Origin: a bacterium
GTDB lineage: Bacteria; Krumholzibacteriota; Krumholzibacteriia; LZORAL124-64-63
Direction of reading: 5' to 3'
DNA: 64,000 nucleotides
Assembly: GCA_031441465.1 (NCBI GenBank)
Contig: JANOEP010000039.1
Coordinates: 15,221-79,220, forward strand
Shown: piece by piece, positions 29,440-41,130 of the stretch
Layout of the letters: every line of letters begins with the position of its first letter
How positions within the stretch are numbered: the stretch's first letter is position 1
Notes under the pieces: generated by a model
The model's input: only the letters and a program-made list of their open reading frames with translations
Database searches by the model: none
What the model was told of the DNA's origin: nothing
Made by a program: the position numbers and the translations under genes

Positions 29440-30708
29440 GTGAAACGCTTACTCGTGATCTGCCTGCTGGCCGTGTGCGCGACGTCCGCCGCCGCCCAGC
29501 CGCCGGTCTACAAGGCCAAGTACAAGTTCCCGGTCCTGGACCAGATCGAGGCCCGCCGCGACTCCCTCAAGGCGCTGGTGTCCGAAGCGAAGGCCGCCGC
29601 CGACGCGCAGTACGCCGAGCAGGAGAAGGCCAAGAAGGACGCCGGGATGTCCCTGCGCCCGGACTGGACGGGCGTCGAGATTCCCGCCGGCCCCGACGCC
29701 TTCAAGATCCGCCTGGCCCACCTGCCGCCCGTGGCGCAGTTCAACACCGGCTCGTGCTGGGCCTTCTCGGCGACCTCGTTCATGGAGTCGGAAGTCATCC
29801 GGCAGACCAAGCGCAACGTGAAGCTGTCGGAGATGTGGCTGGTCTACTGGGAGTACGTGGAGAAGGTGCGCCGCTGGGTGCGCGAGTACGGCCACAGCGA
29901 GGTGCAGGAGGGTTCGCAGGGTGATGCGGTCCTCGACATCTACGCCAAGTACGGGATCGTCCCCGGGGAGATCTACACCGGGGTGCCCTTCGCCGACGGC
30001 CGCCACGACCACACCGTGCTCATGGACGAGCTGACGTCCTGGCTGAAGTGGGCCGAGGACAACGGCGTCTGGGACGAGACGCGCGTCGTGGACGGCGCCC
30101 GCGCCATCCTCGATCGCCACATGGGCCGACCGCCGGAGACCTTCTCCTGGCAGGGCCGCACGTTCAGCCCGCGCTCGTTCCTGCTGGAGGCCCTGCGGCT
30201 GGATCCCGGCGCCTACGTCACCTGCGTGTCGCGGCTGGAACAGCCGGGCGTCGCTTTCTACCAGCCCTGCCTGCTGGACGTGCGCGACAACTGGCGGCGC
30301 AAGGCCGACTACCTGAACCTGCCCCTGGACGTCTTCCGCGCCACGATCGACAAGGCGCTGCGCGCGGGCTACACCGTGGCCTTCGGCGGCGACAACTCCG
30401 AACCCGGGGTCGACGGCATGGTGAACGCGGCGATCGTCCCGCGCTGGGACATCCCCGGCGAGCTGATCGACCAGGGCAGCCGCGAATTCCGCATCGCCAA
30501 CGGGCAGACCGGCGACGACCACGGCATCCACGCCGTCGGCCTGACCAGCGTGGGCGGCCGCGACTGGTACCTCGTCAAGGACAGCAACCGCAGCTCGCGC
30601 CTGGGGGTCTACCAGGGCTACTACATGTTCGACGCGGACTACGTCGCGCTGAAGATGCTGACCGTGATGGTGCACCGCGACATGCTCAAGGGCGTGGGGC
30701 CGCAGTAA
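29440..30708 (+). CDS. C1-family papain-like cysteine peptidase, secreted.
   Basis: It has a signal peptide. The catalytic Cys motif is NTGSCWAFSATSF, and His and Asn occur later (DDHGIHAVGL...WYLVKDSN). The start is GTG at 29440 after AAGGAGGG. Confidence 0.75.
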   Translation: MKRLLVICLLAVCATSAAAQPPVYKAKYKFPVLDQIEARRDSLKALVSEAKAAADAQYAEQEKAKKDAGMSLRPDWTGVEIPAGPDAFKIRLAHLPPVAQFNTGSCWAFSATSFMESEVIRQTKRNVKLSEMWLVYWEYVEKVRRWVREYGHSEVQEGSQGDAVLDIYAKYGIVPGEIYTGVPFADGRHDHTVLMDELTSWLKWAEDNGVWDETRVVDGARAILDRHMGRPPETFSWQGRTFSPRSFLLEALRLDPGAYVTCVSRLEQPGVAFYQPCLLDVRDNWRRKADYLNLPLDVFRATIDKALRAGYTVAFGGDNSEPGVDGMVNAAIVPRWDIPGELIDQGSREFRIANGQTGDDHGIHAVGLTSVGGRDWYLVKDSNRSSRLGVYQGYYMFDADYVALKMLTVMVHRDMLKGVGPQ

Positions 30709-30741
30709 TCCCCGCGCGTCCGCTCCGGGGATCCGAGAAGT

Positions 30742-30767
30742 GAGGGGGAGCCGTCGGGCTCCCCCTC
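30742..30767. terminator. GC-rich hairpin between convergent genes. It is a possible terminator.
   Basis: GAGGGGGAGCC-gtcg-GGCTCCCCCTC has an 11-bp stem. There is no T-tract. Confidence 0.35.
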
Positions 30768-30789
30768 CTCGCATCGGGGCGGGCCGGGA

Positions 30790-31950
30790 TCAGTCCAGCG
30801 GCGTCTCGACGAGCGGGGCGCCGATCCCACGCCGGGCCAGCTCCGCCAGCACACGGTCGGCGGGGATCACCAGCTCCTGGGGCTGGGCGCCGGTCGGCAC
30901 CCCGCCCCGCGCCAGCAGCGCGGCGACGATCGCCGCCGGGAAGCCGGTCATCCGCATCATGGCCGTCAGGCCGGTCGCTGCGTCCTCGTGGTCGATGATC
31001 GTCATGGTGCGCCGCACGCGCCGGCCGCCGGCGACACCGTCGGCTTCCACGCGCAGCAGCACGACGTCGGGGCCGTCTTTGGGACAGGCCTGTTCGAGGC
31101 AGGTCGCCAGCACGTCGCGCGGCCGCACTTCGCCGCCGACGCCGGCCGGGCGCAGCGGCAGCGAGGAGGTCAGGCCCAGCTCGTGCAGGGGCAGGATGCG
31201 GTCGCGGTGGCCCGGGTAGCGGATCGTCTTGTAGTCGAGATCGCGCACGCGGCCGCGCAGGGTGCGCGTGAGCGTCGAGGCGCCGCCGCTGGTCTGGAAG
31301 GCTTCCAGGCGCCCGAAAGGCGGGGGGAAATCGAGGCCCTCCAGCTCCGAGAGGCCGGGCACGGTCCGCTCCTCGCCGTCCCGCAGCACCAGGCAGGGTT
31401 CGATGTACTCGTTGATCAGGCCCTGCACCGAGAACACGATCATGTAGTCGAGCGGCGGTCGGGGGCGCAGAGGCAGGCCGCCGACGCGCAGCCGCAACGC
31501 GTCGCACGCGTCCAGACCGACGGCCAGGTGGTGGCCGAGCAGGCCGGCCAGCCCCGGCGCCAGGCCGCAGTCGGGCACCACGGAGACTCCCGAGGCGCGG
31601 GCGTCCCGGTCGCGCGCGAACTGGGACGCGACGACGTCGTTGTTGCCGCCGAGGTCCACGAAATGGGCGTGGTGCGCGATCGCCAGGGCCGTGAGCCCGT
31701 CGTTGAACCAGTAGTTCACGGCGCTGGTGCAGACGGCCGCCTCGTCGAGCAGCGGGGCGAGCAGCACGGGGTCGGTGACGTCGCCGGCCACGGTGCGCAG
31801 GCGCGGATCGTCGAGCCAGTCCGCCAGCGCGGCCAGCGCGTCGCGATCGCGGTCCACGACGGTCAGGCCCGTCACGCCCTCGGCGTGGCGCAGCAGGTCC
31901 CAGGCGATGGCGCGGCCCTGCAGGCCGGCGCCGAGCAACAGGTGGCGCAT
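30790..31950 (-). CDS. Saccharopine dehydrogenase-like NAD(P)-binding oxidoreductase.
   Basis: It has an N-terminal Rossmann motif (LLLGAGLQGRAIAWDL) and Sacchrp_dh N and C domains. Confidence 0.7.
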   Translation of the reverse strand: MRHLLLGAGLQGRAIAWDLLRHAEGVTGLTVVDRDRDALAALADWLDDPRLRTVAGDVTDPVLLAPLLDEAAVCTSAVNYWFNDGLTALAIAHHAHFVDLGGNNDVVASQFARDRDARASGVSVVPDCGLAPGLAGLLGHHLAVGLDACDALRLRVGGLPLRPRPPLDYMIVFSVQGLINEYIEPCLVLRDGEERTVPGLSELEGLDFPPPFGRLEAFQTSGGASTLTRTLRGRVRDLDYKTIRYPGHRDRILPLHELGLTSSLPLRPAGVGGEVRPRDVLATCLEQACPKDGPDVVLLRVEADGVAGGRRVRRTMTIIDHEDAATGLTAMMRMTGFPAAIVAALLARGGVPTGAQPQELVIPADRVLAELARRGIGAPLVETPLD

Positions 31951-32013
31951 GTTCGATCCTTCCGAAGGTGGGTGGGCACCGTAACACCCGGCACCGCGCC
32001 CGGCAACGCCCTG

Positions 32014-32086
32014 GAAATGTCGGCCCGAAAATGTCGGCGCGAGCCGCGATCCGGCCTTTGACGCCGACGGGGGGCGGGGTTAGACT
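32014..32086 (+). promoter_or_regulatory. Putative promoter TTGACG-17-TAGACT, preceded by a direct repeat AAATGTCGGC x2, upstream of the fumarate hydratase genes.
   Basis: The -35 is at 32058-32063 and the -10 at 32081-32086. The repeats are at 32015-32024 and 32029-32038. Confidence 0.35.
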
Positions 32087-32143
32087 CCCGGCAGCGCCCC
32101 CGGGACGGCCCGGGCGACGCCATCCAGCCGAAAAGGAGAATTC

Positions 32144-33031
32144 ATGGATGCCAAGATGCTGCAGGCGCGGCTGCTGGAACTGATCAGACGAACCTCCTGC
32201 GATCTGCCGCCCGACGTCATCCGCGCGGTGGACAAGGGCTGGCGCCGCGAGAAGCCCGGCACCAACGCCAAGTACGCGTTCGGGGTCATCCGCGACAACA
32301 TCAAGCTCGCGACCGGCAAGTCGCAGCCCCTCTGCCAGGACACCGGCACCATCATCTGCGACGTGGCGCGCCCCGACTGGGTGAGCGAGCGCGCCTTCCG
32401 CGCCGCCTTCGAGAAGGCCGTGGACGAGGCGACGCGCATCGGCTACCTGCGCCAGAACTCCGTCGACTCCATCACCGGCCGCAACTCGGGCAACAACCTC
32501 GGGCCCGGCAGCCCGGTCATCCACTTCCACGAGACGACCGCCCGGGCGCTCACGGCCAGGCTGATGCTCAAGGGCGGCGGCTGCGAGAACGTGGGCGCGC
32601 AGTACAGCCTGCCCGACACGGGCCTCGGCGCCGGCCGCGACCTCGAGGGCGTGCGCCGCTGCGTGCTGGACGCGGTCAACAAGGCCCAGGGCAAGGGCTG
32701 CGGCCCCGGCGTGCTCGGCGTCTGCATCGGCGGCGACCGCGCGACCGGCTACGTGTCCTCGAAGGAGACGCTCCTGCGCTCCCTGGACGACGTCAACGAA
32801 GACCCCGTGCTGGCGAAACTGGAGCGCCGCCTGCTGGACGAGGCGAACACCCTGGGCATCGGCCCGATGGGTTTCGGCGGCGCCACGACCCTGCTCGGCG
32901 TCAAGATCACCGCGCGCAACCGCGTGCCGGCCTCGTTCTTCGTCTCGGTGTCCTACATGTGCTGGGCGTACCGGCGCGACGGCTTCCAGCTGTCCGCCGC
33001 GGGCAAGATCGCCAAATGGTTGTACGACTAG
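32144..33031 (+). CDS. Class I Fe-S fumarate hydratase / L(+)-tartrate dehydratase, alpha (catalytic) subunit.
   Basis: It matches the Fe-S hydro-lyase alpha family (CQDTGT, GGGCEN, GIGGDRA motifs). Confidence 0.8.
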   Translation: MDAKMLQARLLELIRRTSCDLPPDVIRAVDKGWRREKPGTNAKYAFGVIRDNIKLATGKSQPLCQDTGTIICDVARPDWVSERAFRAAFEKAVDEATRIGYLRQNSVDSITGRNSGNNLGPGSPVIHFHETTARALTARLMLKGGGCENVGAQYSLPDTGLGAGRDLEGVRRCVLDAVNKAQGKGCGPGVLGVCIGGDRATGYVSSKETLLRSLDDVNEDPVLAKLERRLLDEANTLGIGPMGFGGATTLLGVKITARNRVPASFFVSVSYMCWAYRRDGFQLSAAGKIAKWLYD

Positions 33032-33048
33032 CCGTCGAAAGGAACGCC

Positions 33049-33618
33049 ATGCTGCTGGAAGCCCCGTTCACCGAAGCGAAGATGCGCGCACTGAAGGTGG
33101 GCGACCTGGTGGAGATCACGGGCGTGGTCTACACCGGTCGCGACGCGGTCCACAAGTACCTGCACGAGGGCGGCAAACCCCCGGTCGACCTGCGCGACGC
33201 CATCATCTACCACTGCGGTCCCGTGGTGGTGAAGGAGGGCGGCCGCTGGGTCGTGAAGGCCGCCGGACCGACGACCTCGATCCGCGAGGAACCCTACCAG
33301 GGTCCGCTGATGGAGCAGTACGGCCTGCGCGGGGTCATCGGCAAGGGAGGCATGGGTCCCAAGACGCTGGCCGCCTGCCAGAAGGTCGGCGCCTGCTACC
33401 TCCACGCCATCGGCGGCGCCGCGCAGGTGCTGGCCGAGTGCGTCACGGCGGTCGAAGGCGTGCACCTGATGGAGGAGTTCGGCTCGCCGGAGGCGATCTG
33501 GGTGTTCCGGGTCGTGCGCTTCCCGGCCGTGGTGACCATGGATTCCCACGGCAAGTCCCTGCACGCGAACGTGGCGTCGGCGTCGGCGGAGGCTCTGGCC
33601 CGCCTGCTGAAGCCCTAA
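33049..33618 (+). CDS. Class I fumarate hydratase / tartrate dehydratase, beta subunit.
   Basis: It matches the Fe-S hydro-lyase beta family (GVVYTGRDAVHK, GKGGMGP). The start ATG has an AAAGGAA RBS. Confidence 0.8.
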   Translation: MLLEAPFTEAKMRALKVGDLVEITGVVYTGRDAVHKYLHEGGKPPVDLRDAIIYHCGPVVVKEGGRWVVKAAGPTTSIREEPYQGPLMEQYGLRGVIGKGGMGPKTLAACQKVGACYLHAIGGAAQVLAECVTAVEGVHLMEEFGSPEAIWVFRVVRFPAVVTMDSHGKSLHANVASASAEALARLLKP

Positions 33619-33631
33619 TCCCGGTACGGCA

Positions 33632-34996
33632 ATGGCGCGGCCGACGCGCGAGGAGTGCGCCTTGTCCCACGACGACCCGAACCTGCATCGATCCGCGGCG
33701 CCCGACGCCGGCGTCTTCTCCCTGGCGAGCCTGCTCGGCGTGGTGTGGCACCGCCGCTGGCTGGTGCTGGTGGTGACCGCCGCCGGCCTGGCCGTCGCCT
33801 TGCTCTACTTGGTGATCACCCGCCCGCTCTACCAGGCCTCGGCCACCGTGCGCCCCGGCATCACCAACTACACGGCCGCCTGGCAGCCGGAGCGCGGCTG
33901 GCAGCTCAAGGACCTCGTCCGCTGGTACAGCCGCGGCATGTACGGGTCGGGCGTCAAGGCGAAGCTCGGCCTGCCCGAGCGCTCGTACCGGCCCGACATC
34001 ATGGCCGACTTCATCCCGCGCGGCGTCGGCACCCAGGGCGGCGACGTGGTGACCCTGACCACGCTGAGCCCGTCGCGGCAGCAGGCGAGTGCGATCCTGG
34101 AAACGTCGATCGCCCTGTTCAACGAGTACGCCGAGATCAACTCCGTGGGCAACAGCCTGTCGCTGGCCCGCAAGAGTCTGCAGAACGAGATCGACAAGCT
34201 GCAGAACGAGCGCGCCAACGTCACCATCAAGCGCGACCTGCTCAACCTGATGATCGATCGCAAGCGCCAGGAACTCGAGGGCGTGGCGATGGAACAGAAG
34301 AAGCTCGAGCTGCGGATCCAGGAGTTCCTGATCGAGGCCGACCTGCGCCAGGACAAGGCCGCCAGCCTCGACGCCCGCATCGACGCCATGGAGAACGGCC
34401 TGCAGGAAATGGCCTACTACCTCGAGCGCATGAAGGAGAAGGAACGACTCCAGGACAGCCGCGACACGCTGCTGGTCGAGGCGCCCCCGCCCGACGCCGA
34501 GACGCCCTGGCTCCCGGACCTCATCCAGGACAAGACCTCGCTCGCGGGCCGGCTGCTGCTGAGCACGCTGGAAGCCGAGTCCTCCGTCTACGAGGACCGG
34601 CTCGAGGCCCTCGACCTGCGCTCCGCCAACCGCGTGGAGGACCTCAAGCGCCGCCAGTTGCTGCTGGAGGAGACCTACACCCTGCGCAAGAAGGCGACCC
34701 TGCTCGAGTCCGAGATCAAGGAGATGGAGATCAACCGCGACCGCTCCCTGGAGCAGGAGCTGGTGAAGCTCGTCGACGAGGTGCGCGTCTTCCAGTCGCG
34801 GCTCGAGGTGCTGACGCCGCTGGAGCAGATCGGCACGATCATGGTCAGCGAACGGCCCGTGCGCCCGCGCAAGCTGCGCGTGCTGGGCCTGCTGACCGCC
34901 GCCGGCCTGCTGGCCGGCCTGACCCTGGCCGTCGGCTGGGACTACTTGTCGCGGCACCGCGAAGAGATCCTGCGGAACCCGGCCGCGCGGCCGTGA
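33632..34996 (+). CDS. Polysaccharide chain-length determinant (Wzz/GumC-like, no kinase domain).
   Basis: It has an N-terminal TM, a long periplasmic coiled-coil region, and a C-terminal TM (LRVLGLLTAAGLLAGLTLAVGW). Confidence 0.6.
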   Translation: MARPTREECALSHDDPNLHRSAAPDAGVFSLASLLGVVWHRRWLVLVVTAAGLAVALLYLVITRPLYQASATVRPGITNYTAAWQPERGWQLKDLVRWYSRGMYGSGVKAKLGLPERSYRPDIMADFIPRGVGTQGGDVVTLTTLSPSRQQASAILETSIALFNEYAEINSVGNSLSLARKSLQNEIDKLQNERANVTIKRDLLNLMIDRKRQELEGVAMEQKKLELRIQEFLIEADLRQDKAASLDARIDAMENGLQEMAYYLERMKEKERLQDSRDTLLVEAPPPDAETPWLPDLIQDKTSLAGRLLLSTLEAESSVYEDRLEALDLRSANRVEDLKRRQLLLEETYTLRKKATLLESEIKEMEINRDRSLEQELVKLVDEVRVFQSRLEVLTPLEQIGTIMVSERPVRPRKLRVLGLLTAAGLLAGLTLAVGWDYLSRHREEILRNPAARP

Positions 34997-36291
34997 CCCG
35001 CGGCGCCGGCCTCTGGCGCGACCTGGGTGTGCTGGCGGCCGGTCAGGGGGCGGCCCAGCTGCTGAACCTGGCGGCCCTGATCGTGGTCGCCCGCGCCCTC
35101 GGCGGCCATTGGTTCGGCGTCCTGCAGGTGGCGGCCGCCGTTTCCGCCTACGTCCTGCTGGCCGCCGAAGCCGGTCTGTTCACCTTGGGCGTGCGGGACC
35201 TCGCCCGTCTCGATCCCCGCGATCATGCCGATCCCCGCGACCATGCCGAAGCGCGCGAACTCGTCGCGCGACGGACCGGGCTGCTGCTGCTGCTGGCGCT
35301 GGCCGCCGGCCTGCTCGGCGCCTGCCTGCTGCCCTGGTTCGGGGCCCCGCGGCAGGATCCCCGTCTGCTCTGGCTCTACCTCGCCGGCGTCCTGCCACAA
35401 GCGTTGATGACCGACTGGGTCGTGCTGGGTCTGGGCCGTCCCGCCTGGGCGGCCGCCGCCCGGACCGTCCGCAGCCTGGTGGCCGCCCTGCTCGTGCTGC
35501 TGCTCTTTGGCGGGATGGGTGAGGGGACCGGCGCCGGACTGCGCCTCTGGGCGCCGATCACCTACCTGGCGGGCTTCTTCGCCGGAAATCTGGTGGCTGC
35601 CGCAGGCGCGGCGCGCGCGCTCGGGGCGCGTCCCGTCTGGCGGCGGCCGAGTCTGCCCGGTCTGCGGCGCGATCTGGCCGCCGCCACGCCCCTCGGCGCC
35701 GCGAACCTGTTGCGCCGCGTCCTGTTCAACGTCGATCTGGTCGTCCTGGGCTTGCTGGCGACACCGGTCGAGGCCGGCCGCTACGCCGCGGCCAGCCGGC
35801 TGGCCTTCGTCCTGGTGACGGTCACCGAGTCGTCGCTGGGCGCGGTCCTGCCCAGGCTGGCTCGGCTGCACCGGCAGGGGCTGCCGGCCTATCGCCGGGG
35901 TGTGCGCCGCGTCGTGGCGAGGACCGCCCTGGCGTTCGGGATTCTCGCCGCCGCGGGGGCCCTGTTCGGCGGACCCCTGGTGCGCCGGCTGTTCGGTGCG
36001 GCGTTCGCGGGTTCGGCGTCCGTCTTCGCCGTGCTGGTGGTCGGCTACGCCGCCCTGGCTCTGGCCCTGCTGCTGCACGAGACGCTGGTGGCCGAGGATC
36101 GCCAGGCTGCCGGATTGCCGCCCCTGGTGGCCTGCGCCGTGTTGGCCGTGCTGGGGGCCGCCGTTGCCGTGCCGCTGGGGGGGGCCGTGGGCGTGGCGTG
36201 GGCCATGGCCGGCTCGCACCTGGCTTACGCGCTCTGGCTCTCGGCGTTGGCACTGGTTCCACGACGGGCGCCGCGGTGGGATCTGCCCTAG
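34993..36291 (+). CDS. Wzx-like polysaccharide flippase / MOP-superfamily exporter.
   Basis: It has more than 10 hydrophobic helices. The GTG start overlaps the upstream stop. It contains an in-frame 18-bp tandem duplication (DPRDHA x2). Confidence 0.55.
   Translation: MTRGAGLWRDLGVLAAGQGAAQLLNLAALIVVARALGGHWFGVLQVAAAVSAYVLLAAEAGLFTLGVRDLARLDPRDHADPRDHAEARELVARRTGLLLLLALAAGLLGACLLPWFGAPRQDPRLLWLYLAGVLPQALMTDWVVLGLGRPAWAAAARTVRSLVAALLVLLLFGGMGEGTGAGLRLWAPITYLAGFFAGNLVAAAGAARALGARPVWRRPSLPGLRRDLAAATPLGAANLLRRVLFNVDLVVLGLLATPVEAGRYAAASRLAFVLVTVTESSLGAVLPRLARLHRQGLPAYRRGVRRVVARTALAFGILAAAGALFGGPLVRRLFGAAFAGSASVFAVLVVGYAALALALLLHETLVAEDRQAAGLPPLVACAVLAVLGAAVAVPLGGAVGVAWAMAGSHLAYALWLSALALVPRRAPRWDLP
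35212..35247 (+). repeat. An 18-bp in-frame tandem duplication, gatccccgcgaYcatgcc x2.
   Basis: Seen directly in the sequence. It encodes DPRDHADPRDHA in a predicted loop. Confidence 0.8.
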
Positions 36292-36378
36292 CGTCCCCGG
36301 CCCGAGGCGGGTATATTCACCCCTTCGCGCGCCGCCTCGGGCGTCGCCCCCCGACCGGTCAGAAAAGGAGAGAGGCCT

Positions 36379-37197
36379 ATGCAGCGCACAACCACGGTGG
36401 TCATCGCAGCGATCCTGATCCTGGCGACCTTGCTCGCCGGTTGCAAGGACGGCGGCGGCGCCGGCAAGGATTCCTCGGACACGAAGGGCGTGGTCCAGGT
36501 GCCGGGAATGAAAATCAAGGATCTGACGGTCGGCAACGGTCGTGCGGCGGCCAAAGGCGACTTCGTGACCGTGCACTACACGGGTTGGGTGCTGACCGAC
36601 GGCCAGAAGGCCGCCGAACCCTTCGACAGTTCGGTGCCCCGCGGCGTGCCGGCGACCTTCCCGATCGGGACCGGCCGGCTGATCAAGGGCTGGGACGAAG
36701 GCATCCCCGGCATGAAGGTCGGCGGCAAGCGCGAGCTGATCCTCGAGCCGGCCATGGGCTACGGCGAGCGCGAAACGCCGAAGATCCCGGCCAACTCCAC
36801 GCTGATCTTCGAGGTCGAGATGGTCGCCATCCCCGACGTGCAGAAGACCGACGTGACGGTCGGCGCCGGCGCCCCCGCCGAGTCCGGCGACATCGTGCAG
36901 GTGCATTACACCGGCTGGCTGATGAAGGACGGCGTCAAGGGCGAGAAGTTCGACAGCTCGCTCGACCGCGGCTCCCCCTTCGAGTTCCAGCTCGACGCCG
37001 GCCGCGTGATCCCGGGCTGGGACCTCGGCGTCAAGGGCATGAAGGTCGGCGGCAAGCGCACGCTGACCATCCCGCCCGAACTCGGCTACGGCGACCGCGA
37101 CCTGGGCGTCATCCCGCCCAACTCGACGCTGAACTTCGACGTGGAGCTGCTGGGCGTCCAGGGCAAGGCTGAACAGCCGGCCGCGCAGACCGAGTAG
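36379..37197 (+). CDS. FKBP-type peptidyl-prolyl cis-trans isomerase with two tandem FKBP domains, lipoprotein.
   Basis: It has a lipobox (LLAGC) and two copies of the FKBP core (VHYTGWL.DG..FDSS......F.LG.G.VI.GWD.G..GMKVGGKR.L.IPP.LGYG). Confidence 0.85.
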   Translation: MQRTTTVVIAAILILATLLAGCKDGGGAGKDSSDTKGVVQVPGMKIKDLTVGNGRAAAKGDFVTVHYTGWVLTDGQKAAEPFDSSVPRGVPATFPIGTGRLIKGWDEGIPGMKVGGKRELILEPAMGYGERETPKIPANSTLIFEVEMVAIPDVQKTDVTVGAGAPAESGDIVQVHYTGWLMKDGVKGEKFDSSLDRGSPFEFQLDAGRVIPGWDLGVKGMKVGGKRTLTIPPELGYGDRDLGVIPPNSTLNFDVELLGVQGKAEQPAAQTE

Positions 37198-37220
37198 TCT
37201 TCCAGCGTAGCGGTAGTGAA

Positions 37221-37259
37221 AGAGGGCGTCCCGCGGTCGGGACGCCCTCTGCGTTTTCT
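37221..37259. terminator. Rho-independent terminator.
   Basis: AGAGGGCGTCCC-gcggtc-GGGACGCCCTCT is a perfect 12-bp stem, followed by GCGTTTTCTCC. It lies between convergent FKBP and PPase genes. Confidence 0.7.
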
Positions 37260-37282
37260 CCGGCCGTGAAGCGCCGCCGCCG

Positions 37283-39721
<2,439 letters not shown>

Positions 39722-40011
39722 AACCCCTCTTTCGAGATTGGCGAGATCGCGGCGGTCCGGGACCCGGGCGCGCCGGTCTGCCGACATGCGGCTGAATACT
39801 GTGGACTGTTATCCCCGCAGGGTGGGAAACTGTCAAGAAAGGATGCAATTGCGCGGGTCCGGCGGGCCACCGCACGATCGATAACGAGATTCAATAATAA
39901 TGTTACAGTGACGAACTGCCAGAAGATTGTGTCACCCGGCCGGGGTATCGTTCCGGGGCTGTGAAACGGGCCAGCTTCATGCTCCGTAAGCCGATGATCC
40001 CTGTTTATTTC

Positions 40012-40040
40012 TTGACATAACATGTTCCGGAAAAAACATT
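40012..40040 (+). promoter_or_regulatory. Putative promoter for the hydrogenase operon in an AT-rich intergenic region. TTGACA is followed by a weak -10, and the spacer contains the palindrome AACATGTT.
   Basis: TTGACA is at 40012-40017 and AACATGTT at 40019-40026. This is the only AT-rich stretch upstream of the hydrogenase beta-subunit gene. Confidence 0.3.
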
Positions 40041-40095
40041 TGAGGTGTCTTCCGGGGTCAACCCGGGCCGTACCACCACAGGGGAGAGTGCTCGC

Positions 40096-41109
40096 ATGGC
40101 TCGATTCTATCTGGAAAAGGGCAAGGTAGCGGCGTTCATCGCTCATCTGCAGTCGCAGAAGCCGGTGTACGCACCGCACCGCAAGGGCCGCAACGCGTTC
40201 GCGTTCGCGCCGGTCGAGCGGCCGCAGGACGTGGTGCTGGACTACCCGCGGACGGTCAGCTCGATCAAGAAGTACTTCATGCCGGCGCGCGAGGAACTGC
40301 TCAGCTTCAACCTGGTCGAGAACACCTGCGCACAGCCCGCCGTCGCGCCGCTGGACGCCGTGTTCCTGGGCGTCCACAGCTACGACGTCCAGGCGGTGTT
40401 GAAGCTCGACCACAACTTCGTGACGGGCAACCCGGAGCGGAACTACCTGACGCGGCGCCAGGGCGCGCTGTTCGTCGGCGTCGGCTTCACGCCCGACCGG
40501 TTCCACTTCAGCGGCTCGGTGGGCATCCCGGCGGGGGACACCAGCGGCTGCGACCTGTTCCTGCACCATTGCGAGGGCGGCTACGCCCTCGAGACGCTGA
40601 CCCCGGCCGGCGAAGGGCTGATCGCCGGGTTCAAGCTGCCCGCCCACACGGCGGGATTGCCGGCCGCCGCCGCCTTCCAGCAGCACATCTACGTGCCGCA
40701 GGCCAAGCTCAAGGACGTCCTCGCCCACGGCTACGACGCCGCGGTGTGGGAGGAAGAGGCGGAGAAGTGCGTGAGCTGCGGCACCTGCAACCTCGTCTGC
40801 CCCACCTGCTACTGCTTCGACGTCGAGGACGAGGTCGACATCACGGCGACCCGCGGCAGCCGCGAGCGCCACTGGGACGGCTGCCTGCTGCGCAGCTTCA
40901 CCGAGGTGGCCGGCGGCGAGGTTTTCCGCGAGGAGCCGGCCGCGCGCCAGCGCCACCGCGTGTTCCGCAAGTTCAAGTACATCTCGGACGAGACGGGCGA
41001 ACCCTGGTGCGTGGGCTGCGGCCGCTGCACGGCGGCCTGCACCGCGGGCATCAGCATCGTCTCGATCGTCAACCGTCTGGTGAACGACTACGACGCCGTC
41101 AAGGCGTAG
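40096..41109 (+). CDS. hydB: Group 3b [NiFe]-hydrogenase (sulfhydrogenase-type) beta subunit, 4Fe-4S, AsrA-like.
   Basis: C-terminal Cys clusters CVSCGTCNLVCPTCYC and CVGCGRCTAACTAGI are present. The likely start is MARFYLEK at 40096 after GGGGAGAG. The ORF-track start at 40045 is probably too far upstream. Confidence 0.75.
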   Translation: MARFYLEKGKVAAFIAHLQSQKPVYAPHRKGRNAFAFAPVERPQDVVLDYPRTVSSIKKYFMPAREELLSFNLVENTCAQPAVAPLDAVFLGVHSYDVQAVLKLDHNFVTGNPERNYLTRRQGALFVGVGFTPDRFHFSGSVGIPAGDTSGCDLFLHHCEGGYALETLTPAGEGLIAGFKLPAHTAGLPAAAAFQQHIYVPQAKLKDVLAHGYDAAVWEEEAEKCVSCGTCNLVCPTCYCFDVEDEVDITATRGSRERHWDGCLLRSFTEVAGGEVFREEPAARQRHRVFRKFKYISDETGEPWCVGCGRCTAACTAGISIVSIVNRLVNDYDAVKA

Positions 41110-41130
41110 GTCCCGTCAAGGAGAGGCAAG

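Noticed and set aside
26677-30708. A 1343-aa plus-strand ORF spanning hutU, Yip1 and peptidase.
   Set aside because: Only its last 423 codons (from GTG 29440) are a real gene, the C1 peptidase. The upstream part is antisense to hutU and out of frame with Yip1.
36292-36378. The hairpin CCCGAGGCGG...CCGCCTCGGG upstream of the FKBP gene.
   Set aside because: The loop is 21 nt with no T-tract, which makes it weak as a terminator or attenuator. It is more likely fortuitous GC-rich complementarity.
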